From Octopus vulgaris (lineage: Eukaryota), in contig OX597830.1 in NCBI GenBank assembly GCA_951406725.2, positions 38,874,001 through 38,938,000 on the forward strand: a DNA stretch of 64,000 nt, in the 5' to 3' direction. Both the position numbers and the translations under genes were made by a program. Below are positions 39,623 to 53,249 of this stretch, piece by piece. Below the pieces are notes generated by a model. It saw nothing but the letters and a program-made list of their open reading frames with translations, did not search any database and was not told the DNA's origin. The number at the start of each line of letters is the position of its first letter. Within the stretch, counting starts at the first letter, position 1.

Positions 39623-39924
39623 TGGAAGCACGTGGCCTAGTGGTTAGAGCAGCGGACTCGCGGTCAAGGGATCGAGGGTTCGAATCTCAGACAGGACGAT
39701 TTGTGTGTTTATGAGCGAAACACCTAAGCTCCACGCGGCTGCGGTAGAAGGTAATGGTGAAACTTCTGCTGACTCTTTCGCCTCAAATTTCTCTCACTCT
39801 TTCCTACTGCATCTTGCAGCTCATCTGCGATGGACCGGCGTCCCGTCCAGGTGGGGAACCTATACGCCAAGAAACCGGGGAACCGGCCCTTATGAGCCAG
39901 GCATGGCTCGAGAAGGAACAAACT
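39623..39924 (+). mobile_element. tRNA-derived SINE family E with 9-bp TSD
   Basis: Head gtggcctagtggttagagc...ggttcgaatc; TSD agcaaatag at 39614-39622 and 39925-39933. Confidence 0.9.
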
Positions 39925-40109
39925 AGCAAATAGAATATGCGCTCGCTTCCACGAAGTAGACCTTCCGTCGGGTCCGTTGTCCCGTACATGTGTAGCTTGG
40001 TTGGTGCCAGAATATACGTCCTGCTACTATAGCTACCGGATAAATATTGCCACTGTTGCACTACTATGATGTACTGAAGTAGGATGTCGGGAAAAATTAG
40101 AGGCAGTGT

Positions 40110-40830
40110 GCCTCAGTATCCTGTATGTTAATCGGATCACTCTTTGCGATACCTATTCTCATCAGTGATAGTGAAAATGCCCTCAAACTGATGAAAATAG
40201 ACAAAGCTCCTGGAGAAGATGGCATCACGACAAAGATATTAAGATGCGGATATGAAAAGCGTTCTAAGCTTAAATCGCTATCATAAAGGAGGGTAAAGCA
40301 CCCTTACTGTGGAAAGAGTCAACTAACATCCTGCTTCAGAAGAGTGATAAAGAAGATCTAAAAAATTATCGCCCCCATATGCTTCATGTCTTCTCCCTTA
40401 AGATGGTTACAAAGGTCATAGTCACCACACTACCAAAACACCTTGATGACCAGCAAACAACAGAGCGAGCAGGTGTCCGTAAGAACTTTAGTAAGAACCA
40501 TACATTACATATTCACTCTAGCACAGTTCATAGAACGAGCGAACGGATACACGTTTCTTCTGTGTATCACTTCCGTTGATGATGAAGAGGCCTCCGGTGT
40601 TGAAATCTATAGAAATACGAAGTGTTGAGACTAAATGTATGAAACCGCTCAGAGATGTCAACTCTGGATGCACCACCAGTAAGAGTTCCAATTGGGGGTG
40701 AGTAAGCAAGATGTTATCTCTCCAAAGCTCTTTACTGCATGTCCATAAATGACCACCAAGGTCATAGGTTAAAAAAGCTGGTTAACTTCAATGGCGAACG
40801 ACTAACAAACTTTCGATTCGCAGATGACAT
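40110..40830 (+). pseudogene. Decayed RTE-clade LINE reverse transcriptase fragment
   Basis: ENALKLMKIDKAPGEDGITT, DKEDLKNYRP, LDDQQTTERAGVRKNFS, DVISPKLFTA, LTNFRFADD in the expected order. Confidence 0.9.
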
Positions 40831-40854
40831 GCAGACTTCTTTTAGCTCCTTTTT

Positions 40855-41560
40855 GGGGTTATGTAGGATGTAAAGGCCGACCTATATCTGTTGACTGTAC
40901 TCAATCACATCTCTCCATAGCGACATCAAATGACTCATCCCATATTTTTTCACTCAGTACGAATTATCATGGAAAGGTACAGTCTTCCTTTCATTCATCA
41001 TAATGACTATAATCAATATTAATGAGGGATAATTTGGGAGCAGGTTTTTGGAGATCGAAGGGTAAAACTTCACGATGTCGAACTGGATGAATTTGCATTT
41101 CAGCTTACCTTCAACCGTGTAATGGTTGCACTGCAAAAATATTAATTGAGTAAGGTTTGAGGAGGCTCTGATGCGTCGTACATACTTGTCTAGTACAGAT
41201 TTTTGATAATGCAAACTATTTTGCCTCCCGTAGGATTTATGAATGTACATCAACGGCTTTGAGCAAAATTGTCTTTGTAGAATGAGTGTTGCAAAAGATT
41301 TTCATGGAGTAAAACATTCTACTCTACATTTGAGTTTGGTGTCATAGTTACGTTTTCTGCTTCAATTTTGATTAAATCATATAGGATCATGTAGGATTCG
41401 TTGTATTACATTGTGATTATGTCATCGACTAGCAGTTTGTAATATGTGTGATTATCTCCCTCATAAACAGTTTATCTGCATTTAAAAGCATGTTTGTAGA
41501 TTTCTTAAAAGGCTCATGAAATATTTGCAATTTGTGTTGGAATTTGTTAGATCTATGATC
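40855..41560 (-). pseudogene. Decayed Penelope-like element reverse transcriptase fragment
   Basis: NADK, KDNFAQ, KSVLDKYVRRIRASSNLTQ, KCKFIQFDIVKFYPSISKNLL, RKTVPFHDN, FDVAM, VGLYILHN: Penelope/Poseidon-type RT motifs in order. Confidence 0.88.
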
Positions 41561-41652
41561 GCATATGATATTTTTAACTAATGAGGTAATCTTCACATCT
41601 ATCTACAGCTTTAAGACGTCGTGGTATTTTGCAAAATCTAATGCATGTATAC

Positions 41653-41730
<78 letters not shown>

Positions 41731-41897
41731 GTGTGTGTGTATGTATGTATGTATGTATGTATGTACACGCATATATGGGTACAAGGCGTAAACAAGGGTG
41801 CAAATATCAGGAAATATTTAAACAATCGCGTTAAATATGGAGACAACGAGAAAAAAGGAGAACAGGACAAGTAAACACAGAGAAAGAACGTTCAGCA

Positions 41898-41957
<60 letters not shown>

Positions 41958-42097
41958 CTGAAAACACACGAACCCCAGTTAGGGGCCTGCAAAAGTTGAC
42001 GTAGCATGGAAACCATATCAAACTGTTTTAGATAATACATGTCACTCCTATCAAATGCGCAGAGTGCCCTGTACTTTCGTCAGTCCATCACTCACCG

Positions 42098-42185
<88 letters not shown>

Positions 42186-44635
42186 ATATGCAGAAAGGAT
42201 TCGGCAATGCATCCTATTAAGAACGTGAGCGATTATATGGTGTGACAGACAGGAGAGAAGACGGAGAAGAAAGTGAGGCAGTTGCAAGTTTACTAATGAA
42301 GCCATTACTGCAAACTTTGACATGAATTGCATTAGTTTCACTGGAAGCAATTTTTAAGTGAGGTGCAATTAGGATACATGACTCCAGAAGAATTCAGTTT
42401 GTCATATTTTTTTTCACCTTGAATCACATTTGGTGGTTCATAAGAAAATATATACCATACTGTATCTAAAATTAATGATATTCACTACGTTGAAATGGAT
42501 TTAAGTATACGCATGAACTCTGTTTAGGAGAGGATTTGAATCTTTAGAATCCTAGATCACTCCAGTCAAGAGACTTTCAAAAGATTATTAAAAGAATTTT
42601 AAAACCCTGGTCTACCCCTAAATGGACGACACCAATTTCACACTACTGTAACATGCCACCGTGTATAACATTTCTTTACTAACATTATTATATCGATATT
42701 GTAATATTTTATTTTTATAATTTTCAATTTATTTATATTCGTTTTTGAATATATATCTTTTGTGGCTATAGTTGTACAACATAATAATTTCTACACAATG
42801 TTATCAGAATTTTCCGACTATTCCAGATTCCTTATTTCATCAACCACGCCTCTATGCTAATAAATAATAAATAGCCTCTCACCTTCATTTTTCTCTGGAG
42901 TAAGTTCTAATATGTTACGAGAAATTATTTTCTTTATTTCATTTTTGATTTGAATTTCTTTAAATATATACTCTGATCTTAATTCAACATGCAGCGCTTC
43001 TTTCCGCTGATTTTTTATATACTTATACCACACGTCAAACATATTCTTAGAAAATACATGTTCCAGATTTCTTTTTGATAGTCTCTTAACCTGTGGGATC
43101 CACGCACACCTGTTGACAGGATGCCTATACACACAAATACATATATATATATATATACATAAATAGATAGATAAATAGATGTATAGACAGGTTCATAAAT
43201 ACATAGATATATACACACACTAAAACGCACTTCTAGTTGTTATAACGATAATTAGAATGTTTTTTGCATTATTCTTTAAAATATAATTATGTGCGTGCAT
43301 ACGTATGTGCGTTTGTGTTTGTGTACACACACGCACACAAGCACACACACACATATATATATATTCATAAATATACATGGGGAAAGAGCAAAAGTAAGGA
43401 AGAGAGGCGGGGGGAAATCATGAGACAGAAGATGAGACAGTTGGGAAAGACTAAGATGGCGAATGTTCCGGAAGGTAAGCCAATTTGTGCGTTATTTTTG
43501 GTGTAAAGGCTTGTGAAGCGAAAAAAATATCAGATATGAATTGCACTTGAAATGGTATTCAGTTTTATGCCTCAGAAAGATTTGTATATTTCATTAGATT
43601 TTCATATATAGGTTATTTATTTTTGGCATGTTAGTTGTAGCCAAGTTGAACTGAACTAATATGTGAAAGGTAATGCATACGCCAAATTCTTAATATATAT
43701 CAGAATATTTGATTCATTCTAAGATACAAGCTTTTATGTGAGGGGAATATAGACGTATGTTTACTGTAAAACATTTATTTCATATAATGTATTTAATATT
43801 AATTTCTACTCTGAGGGCATGTAAATGCACTGCTTCTGACGGTTTCGCTTGCTTGTGATCTAAAGCTTATATATGACGTGTAGCTTATGTAGAATTACTG
43901 TAAATAAAGTTATATTATATCCCAAAACAGTGGAGTGTTGATACCTGTTGAGTTAGTAAATATAACTATTTGTTTGCTGTAGCGAAACTGGACATAACGC
44001 AATTTTTAATATGTATTCAGATTTGTATCTGCCTACTCAATGCGACTTCTTTGTTACGAAGACCTTGCAAGAAGATCTGGTCAAGCACTGAAAATAAGAT
44101 TTCACTTTGCTTAGCTTATGTCATCTTGTGCGATAAGTAAATATGAAAAGTAGAATTTCACAATAGATGGCAACGAATCAGTTACATATGGCTGTATCAA
44201 TTAGGGTGTTTATTGAAATAATATTCTTGATATTGGTGATAATGTGTAGGAGAAAATGACGGAGAGAGGAGAAAATAAAGGGAAAGACTAGATGGATAAT
44301 CAGTTGTACATGTTAAATTAACCGGAAGGATATGCCCAGAAACATGGGTAGCAAGAATGAGGATAATGTTCATGTGTATGAGAGAGCGCGTGTGTATGTG
44401 TGTATAGGAAGGGTTGTGTTTATATGCGTGCTTGTATGTGAGTGAACAAGTACATGTGCGTGTGTGGAGTGATATGCGTGTGTGTGCTACGTGTAGTTAT
44501 AGGCTCATGTTTGCGTGTGTGGGCGTTGTACATGTGTGAGATAGTCTAGCGTATGCGCGTGTGTCAGCCTGTTCTATGCAAGCGCGCGTGCAACGACTAA
44601 TGTTTGTGCGAGTAGCGTGTGTTCTTGTGTCATTC

Positions 44636-44696
<61 letters not shown>

Positions 44697-45282
44697 TGTG
44701 TGTGTATGCTAGCTAGTGTGCTAGTCTCTGTTTTTAGTTGATGTGTGTATATGGGATGTTGAATAAAGTGTATAAATATGAAGCTGATATATGTGTGAAT
44801 ATTCTGTTTGTGCATATGTGTGTAAGGGCACATGTGTCTGTGTGTGTGTGGGGAAATCTGACGTATGTGAGCGTTGTAGGGAGGTGTATGTGAGTCGACC
44901 TGGATGGAGGTGTCAGGTGAAATAGGAGGGATAACTGTACGGGTGTTCATTATTTCTCTAAATAAAGATCAATGCGTGTTACTGCAAGATGTTACCGATA
45001 TTTATATATGGACAATGTCCATGTGATACATTATGAATAAGAAAAGAAGAGTAATACAATATACAACGAGATTATACAGAAAGCTTAGTAGCTAGGTACG
45101 TCAGATGACATCACGTCCCAGATTCGAAAGGATAGCAAAGGAGTTTTGTTACTTAAGTATTTTATCCTGAGTATCGATACAATGACCCCAGAAGAAAGTG
45201 CGCAGAGCGACTAACAAATTTCTAATTATATTGAAAAATACTGTTAGTGAAATCAACAGTTTTATAAGCATTAGTCCAGTGT

Positions 45283-45604
45283 GTGAAGGCCCATGGATCA
45301 GTTGTTAGAGCGTCGAGCTTACGACCGTGAATTTTTGATTTCGAATCCCGGACAGGCTCGTGTTGTGTTCTTTATTTCATGTTGCTCCACTTCACTCAGC
45401 TGTAGAAATGAGTTACGACGTCACTGATGCCAAGCTGTATCGGCCTTTGCCTTTCCCTTGGATAACATTGGTCGCGTGGAGAGGTTAGGCTGGTATGCAT
45501 GAGCGACTGCTGGTCTTCCATAAACAAACTTGCCTGGACTTGTGCCTGGGAGGATAATTTCTCGGTGCAATCCCCTGGTCATTCGTGACCGAAGGGTATC
45601 TTCG
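45283..45604 (+). mobile_element. tRNA-derived SINE family D with 10-bp TSD
   Basis: TSD agtccagtgt at 45273-45282 and 45605-45614; head shared with family C, tail shared with 8095-8285. Confidence 0.88.
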
Positions 45605-47407
45605 AGTCCAGTGTAATTTTGCTTTGAATGCCGGTCAATCTAAAACTTGAAATAGTTTGATGGATCAATGGGACTAACAGTAAATGTGATGCTGCGCGTT
45701 CGCCTTTATTAGGATTTGAGTTCCGTTCTTTTGCATGCATTCGCGTCACTATGGCCCAGAGGTTATTTTTACGAAGCGTAAACTATGTTCGGAAAAGTGG
45801 ACATCAACCCTGCTGTTCCACCGCTACCTAAATCATCGCAATAATGTTGTACACAGAATATGATATAAAATACATTGATATTTTTGAAATGTCGTATTTG
45901 AAAGGTACAATAATCTAGGTTATTTACCTCCGACTGAAAGTTCAAGTTATATATGCAAATTGATTAAAATTGGGTCTAATTAAATATTTATTACAATTTT
46001 TATAGAATTGATCACTTCATTGATCACCTTGTCAGTCATGATATTTAACATTTTTTCTCAAGGGTAATTAATTTAGTTTAACTTCATCAAGATTTAATCC
46101 ATTCATTAGCGTATGACATAATTACTTGAGGAATTAGGAAATATGTTGTACAAAGTATTTATTTCTTTCATCAAGCCCACTTCCATTTCAAATTTGTTGA
46201 ATTATTAAATTAAGTACTAACGATATACCATGATAAACTAGATATTCTCTACAAACATAGAATTATAACGTATTACAAGGAAATAACTATCAAACTTTTA
46301 TTGAAGTCGTTTCTGTCATAGATACCAGATTCCGTACATCATTTGTGACAATGCATTTCATTTGAGACGAGACGAAAAGAAATGAATAATTTGTTTCTTC
46401 GTAGATCTTAATCTTGGATGGAAGAAGAAAGCATTCAAGAAACTGAGACTAAAACTGAATAGTCTCATACATTCGCGTCAACATTTCTTCACAATATGGG
46501 ATCTATAATAGTGTTATTCTAAATGCATAATTTCGACTGAATAAATCAAGCATATATTAAACTTCATTGAATTAAATTCACTCCATCTTTTCCTATGTCA
46601 TGTTTGTACGTAGTCAAAGAAATTAATTAAATATTATCCATAAAATTGAACGATTGAGGCGTGGATAATACATATTTGCCATTGAAAAACACAAATGCTG
46701 TTAACTTCACTAAAATATTCGTTATTTGTTTCTTCGAGACAAATATTTCGTCGCTTGAACTGTAAAGATTGCAATACATCATGTAAATGCAAGGAAGACT
46801 GATCAATGGCCAGGTCGCAGTTCATGGAGACAAATTTTGATACCAAATGATAATATCTTCCTTTTTTGATATTGGTAAATCTGTTTGGGAAGGTTAACAA
46901 TATTTTTATGCTTCTGAATAGATAACATGAATCTCCCATGCTGCAATCGCTTTAGTTTCAACACATGATCTCAGATCAAATCAATCGAAATATGAAACGA
47001 AAATGTAATTTAAATATACAGTATAAATTTGGCGTTGTTTGTAAAACATTCAAATGCTTATTTTCAAAACAGCTTTCTGGCATGTTTATGTTTTAGCTTG
47101 TAAGCGTTGATATTTGTGCCATTGTTGTTGTTTATGATACTGAAAAATAATTCACTTCTATACCGTGTAGCTATAGTATTTAGAAATCACTGCATGCCTG
47201 AATAAGTTACCTTGTGTATTCTTTTACAACCCTATATTACGTGAATACAAATGTTGCAAATGAAATGAGAAATTTTATCGTTATACGCCTTAATACGGCT
47301 ATCCAGGTTCGGGCGTAAAATATGCTAATCGTAGAAATGTACGTCAGAAGACAGAACTTCTGACGGTAGTGTGTTTAACGCACATGATTTATTGATGCAA
47401 AGTATTC

Positions 47408-47445
47408 TGGGACACTGGCGTTTCGACATTTGTCTCACCAGCAAA
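47408..47445 (-). ncRNA. Hammerhead-like motif (A6G variant, weak stem I)
   Basis: Minus strand: CTGGTGA-gac aaat gtc-GAAA-cgc ca gtg-TC. Confidence 0.55.
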
Positions 47446-48289
47446 TTGTCCCCGTGGTCTTAGAGTCTTCAAACCTGCCGGCTTTTCGTCATACATTCAA
47501 CGGGAAAAAAGGGTTGCTGGCCTGTGCTTATATCTGCCAACTGATATAAAATCGTTGTTCACATATTTATTCTTCACTAACGGGACCCGCCAATATTTCA
47601 TAGATTTAATGGTAAACCTATTGGGTTATTTCTGAAAGACTTTATCCAAAAATCCTGAAAGCGTAAGCTGTCTTCTGTCTGTATGGAAATATAGTCGCTC
47701 ATCTGCTATTCGTTGAATAGTGAAAGAAATTAGAATACAATAATTACTTAATGCACTCTATACTTAATGTACTTTATACACTTTATGCACAATTTTATTG
47801 ACTTAATACACAGCACTCATAAACTAGTATTCATTTTTATTTTCCATTTTTCCAATAAACCAAAAACCTAATAATAATATCCAGTATATATGACATAACC
47901 TTTAGTTAAATTGCATATATCTGTCACGTAAATAAGCGTATTTCATGGAATTGCACTTATGCGCATGCGTTATGTGATAGGTGGCATAAAATACAGTTCA
48001 ATTTCTAAAAAATGCATTTTTCATTGTCTAATCACCACCACCACCTCCATCTCCATTAACACCATCACCATCATCTCTCTCTAACTCTCTCTTTCCCTTC
48101 ACTCTTTCTCTGCTTTTTTAAATCTCAGTATATACATATTTATATAATATATAATACATTACTGCGACTAGTATATTCTGCGTTTGGACGATATTCGTTC
48201 CAGATTCCGCTGTATATGATGCAAACAACGATTTTTTTTCCATTAGAGTTTATTTTCCAAAAATCAGTAAAACTGTATTTAATACAGGC

Positions 48290-48945
48290 TCCGAATTTTG
48301 GCGCAAGACCAGCAAGTTCGAAGAAACGGGCGAGTCGATTATATCGACCGCAGTGACCAATTGGTATTTATTTTATCGACCAGGAAAGAATGAAAAGCAA
48401 AATGGATCTCGGCCGAATTTGAACTCAGAACATAAAGACGGATTCAATGCCGCTAAGCATTTTGCTCAGCGTGTTAACAATCCTGCCAACTCGCCCCCAT
48501 AACAACGCGATTAGCATCACCCTGTATAAAGGTGGTATCCTGGCAGAACCGTTAGCACGCCGGGCAAAATTTTAAGCGGAATTTCGTCTGTTTATGTTCT
48601 GAGTTCAGATTCCACGAGGTTGACTTTGCCTTTCATTCATTCGGAGTCGATTAAATATGTATCAGTTTAGTGCTGGAATCGATGGTATTGAGTTATCCCC
48701 TCCCACCAAATTGCTGTCCTTGTGCCAAAATTTGAAATCAGTGCTACCCTGTGTAAAGACAGTGCACTAGCTGAATCGTTAACACGCCGGGCAATATGTT
48801 TTGCGGCATTTCGTCCGCTTTCGCTTTCTGAGTCCATTTGCACGTTCTGGGTTCAAATCCAGTGGAGTACTTGGGACGATGTAATCGATTTAGCCCTGCC
48901 CCCCTCCCCCAGTACCTCGCCTTGTGTCAAAATTTGAAAGCAATA
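48290..48945. mobile_element. Cluster of three SINE B copies: one minus (48290-48500), two plus (48530-48740, 48760-48945)
   Basis: Each matches 5706-5942 / 32371-32590; the first two are head-to-head. Confidence 0.85.
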
Positions 48946-49322
48946 TTACCCTGCAGGAACTATATACCTCACTGTCACTGTGACTTTACAATTTCAAGAA
49001 CTTACTAAATAGGCAAGTACTTAAGAATAGAATCACCCACTTCTGAATAGAGTTCAAATGTCTCATGCCATATAATCATACTTCATAAATGCTTCCTTAC
49101 TGAATTCCCCTCTGACAATAAATATATATTCAATTATATGTCTCAACCAACTCTTGTTAATGCAGTTTATAAAAGCTACTCATATTTTGCATAAATAAGA
49201 CATTCTCCGTCCAACATAACAATTCCCGACAACTTTCCCCATGATTTAATGTTTAACTTTCATTCCAAATAATCTGCCCTGAATTGAAAATGCTTTCTTG
49301 TAATGTTATATATATATATATC

Positions 49323-49355
<33 letters not shown>

Positions 49356-49358
49356 CAT

Positions 49359-49395
<37 letters not shown>

Positions 49396-49460
49396 CATAT
49401 ATATATATATACATATCATATATATATATATATATACATATCATATATATATATATATAT

Positions 49461-49530
49461 GGTGCTATTAAGTTAGACATGGCCTGGACCAATCATTGGT
49501 CGAAACACATCTAAGTTTATCTAAGTTTAT
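49461..49530 (+). mobile_element. 70-bp 3' tail of a CR1/L2-like LINE in (TA)n
   Basis: ggtgctattaagttagacatgg...gaaac..atctaagt matches the end of 58598-58985; stem-loop gaccaa/ttggtc and tandem atctaagttt tail. Confidence 0.75.
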
Positions 49531-50502
49531 ATATATATATACATATCATGTTATACTATATTGCATTATACATTATATGTACTTACTGTAACACATGTAA
49601 CACATGTGGACATTTACAAATCTGAATATTAATGACTAGGATTATGCGATTTATAAGAAAGCTATATAATAACAACAACCAAAGAAATATAAGTAAAAAT
49701 GATGCATTATTGAAACTGGATTTATAAATCAAATATTTCGAATGTGACATTAGAGTCTATGACTGCTGCAGTTTAAATTGCTCTATTATCTAGCATATAT
49801 ATCGCTTTATCTAGGACTTATAGAAATATAGAAACATATATATGTCGATATGACGAACTCACTTATAAGTTTTCGCAAACACAACAGAATGAATATGATT
49901 ACTACTGCACCTGTTTGGGTTGAAGAGACACAGTGCTATGCCAGCTTACTTGATTTCAATTTAGAATATCTTAATTGTATTGAATTCATTTCAAGTCAGC
50001 ATTAAGATCATTCAATGCATTAAGATCAGACATATCAACTTCATGTTGATGGAAAATCATTAGATCAAAATTCGGTGTAGCTAGAGAAGCAAGAGAAAAT
50101 ATACCAACCAAATTAATGCTGATTCTCGGTTTCCCATATTAACAATAGCAATATCGAGTTCCCATTCAATCACGTTCAGCCAATTGCATAAACGGTACTA
50201 ACGCATCACATGAAAGCTGTTGAGATTGATAGATATTAATATATTATATTCCATCAGTAAATAGTTCTTTAATTAATATGGGCTTTGTTGATATCCAAAT
50301 GTTGCATAATAATTCGTTAACTAAATACAGAACCAATTTAATTCACTAAACTTTCCTTCAACTCAATAGACTACGATTAAGTAGTTATTAACAAGGTATA
50401 AATATATAGCATCGTAAATTGACAACACCTTTGAGTCATATGTCATGAAATTATACTTATCTTCCTATGGACTTATGCGATATGAAACAAATGCGTACAC
50501 AA

Positions 50503-50548
<46 letters not shown>

Positions 50549-51285
50549 CCGTCAACACGAAGAATATAATTTTTTTCTAAATGCTTTTAGAATTGTAACA
50601 GCCGCTACTTATCTGCACAGTTTTACAACTTAAGTAAAATCAACATGGAAAATTGCATCATTAATAATGTTGAGTCACTCTCTCTCACTCTCTTTCTCTC
50701 TCTCGCTCTATCTACATATATAAATATATATATATATAAAGCGAGAGGGAGTGAGAGAATGAGTGAGTGAGTGAGGGACTCTAAGTTGCAAAACTGTGCA
50801 GAAGACAGAGTAAAGGGGCTTTTGCTATCTTATCTCTCCGAAAGAATAGCTCCCTTTGCTGTTGAAAAATAATAAATCGCAGAGAGGAAGTTTCAACTTC
50901 TACCTTCAATTTCATTACGCCATTCATATGTCTGCTTCTGACAAGAAATTTCGCTTTTATGTAAAACAACTATATTTTGTAGTCATTACCCGTAATCTAC
51001 TCCCAAAACACTTCAGTAGCTCTAATTTGCATCGCTTGCAAACTTATATCTTCGGTGATCATTAAAGTGAAACGACTTTTTGTTTTCCGTTCCTAGGTTA
51101 ATCGGAAACATAGATTGCCGTATTACTCGTAAATCTTCTCGGTAGTTCAGTTATTTGGTAAAGAAAATACCGCTAGTGCAGCTTAAACCGTCCACACGAA
51201 GGTTGCGCTTGCTAGTTCATATATATATACATATATATATATGAATATATATATATATATATGTATATATATATGAATATATATA

Positions 51286-51329
<44 letters not shown>

Positions 51330-51378
51330 CACATATATGCATATTTATATATACATACATGTATGTATATATATATAG

Positions 51379-51694
51379 AGGGCGCGTGGCTTAGTGGTTA
51401 GGGCATTCGGCTCATGATCGTAAGGTTGTGAGTTCGATTCCCGGCGACGCGTTGTGTCCTTGAGCAAGACACTTTATTTCACGTTGCTCCAGTCCACTCA
51501 GCTGGCAAAAATGAGTTGTACTTGTATTTCAAAGGGTCAGCCTTGTCACTCTCTGTGTCACGCTGATTATCCCCGAGAACTACGTTAAGTGTACACGTGT
51601 CTGTGGAATGCTCAGCCATTTGCACGTTAATTTCACGAGCAAGCTGTTCCGTTGATCGTATCAGCTGGGACCCTCGTCGTCGTAACCGGCGGAG

Positions 51695-51695
<1 letters not shown>
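51379..51695 (+). mobile_element. tRNA-derived SINE family C, full length
   Basis: A box tggcttagtggtt, B box gagttcgattc, tail cgtcgtaaccggcggagt; TA arrays on both sides. Confidence 0.92.
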
Positions 51696-51756
<61 letters not shown>

Positions 51757-52166
51757 CATATATACACACACATGCATATATATATATATACACACATACT
51801 TTATTTAGTCATTAGATTGCGGCCATGCTGAGGTACCGCCTTCAAGAATTCTAAGACGAATGAATCAACACCAGAAAATTTTACTTTTTAGAGCCTGGCA
51901 CTTAATCTATCGCTCTCGTATGCCCAGCTGCGAAGCTCCATGTTCTTTTCCTGATGAGTGAAATTTCTTTCCAGCTCGTAGTCTCCTTACAGCTTTTACC
52001 AAGTTACTTCATATATAGTTTTTGTGGACTACCTCTCATTAGCAGCACCATTGTCATATGTTTTCTTTTTGCATAAACAAAACAACATGGTTTGGCACGC
52101 GTTAGTGACAGACAAACACACAGGCAAAGACTCGAAAAAGCACACAGACGCATATATACACATACA

Positions 52167-52213
<47 letters not shown>

Positions 52214-52299
52214 AGAGTTTGTGAAAAGACAAAAGACGAAGTCAGGTGGTGTACAAAATAAACAGATGTATTAGTATAACGCTCAGGAATAGAAAAAAG

Positions 52300-52337
52300 T
52301 CCTTTACGTTTCGAGCTTACGCTCTTCTACAGAAAGA
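52300..52337 (-). ncRNA. Minimal type-I hammerhead-like motif in a TA-flanked module (52210-52408)
   Basis: Minus strand: tcttt-CTGTAGA-a-gagc gtaa gctc-GAAA-cg-TA-aagga; perfect stem II with GNRA loop, 5-bp stem I including one G-U. Confidence 0.65.
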
Positions 52338-52437
52338 GACACAGAAAAAACAAGGAGAGAAATAAAGAGAGAAAAATGTCTGTAGTGGCTAACGACCTAT
52401 CATGGCGATATATATATATATATATATACATACATAT

Positions 52438-52470
<33 letters not shown>

Positions 52471-53249
52471 TATATATATTGCCCAAGGTACCACGCAATA
52501 GGATTGAAACCAGAACCATGTGTTTGGGAGGTAAATTTCTTACCACAGAGATATAGGTCGGCGAATTATGACAGTTATCAATTTAGGTTTCTTTCTAATT
52601 TTGTAAAGAAAGAATATGTTAATAAATTATGGATAAGTTAGTATCGTTTAAGATGCTTTTAATAATTCCTTTGAAGAAGAAAGAAGTAATTGTAATGAAT
52701 GTGTTAATAATAACTCATTTGGTATTACTACTGTATTCCAGTCAGCTTCTTGACTGGTTAATACTAATGACTACTGGTGGCTGTCTTGGAGATATTAAGG
52801 ATAACGCTGATAGTAGCGGTGCTTCAGCTTGTTGTAAATACTTCAGTAAATAGTTTGGAAATATATTATTAGCGATCATAATGAAGTATTAATTATTACC
52901 CTTGAACATGATTGCAACGAGGAAAGGTATTATTACAAGAGAAAATTGTCATGGTAATGGTGCTTTCATTGCTGATGTTGCCTGGTATTTCGTTCTTGGT
53001 GGGCGTAATGCATAAAACGATTTTGGACGTAGTCCAGTAATCAGCCAGAATGTAACTGGACATATCGCTTGTGATTGTAGTGGTAGTAATTATTAGGACA
53101 GACATAGTACCGACCGTGCTATTTGATATGGGAATTTTGAATCTTTGCCAGCGTCATCTGAATCTTAGATATCCAATGTTGAATATAATCGAAAAACCCA
53201 ATCTCGTTCCCAACTATATCACTACTGAAATTATTTTCTTCATCATGAA

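Noticed and set aside
39623-39700. tRNA-like sequences at SINE heads (also 51379, 24272, 45283)
   Set aside because: They run into SINE bodies, some with TSDs, and lack a complete cloverleaf; not tRNA genes.
42060-42100. Minus-strand cggtga-gtga..tgac-gaaagtac hammerhead-like string
   Set aside because: Core, stem II and cleavage triplet are all imperfect.
46634-46939. 101-aa non-repetitive minus-strand ORF
   Set aside because: No recognisable domain or convincing splice signals; length compatible with chance.
51945-51990. Exact CTGATGAG
   Set aside because: No properly placed stem II, GAAA or NUH downstream.
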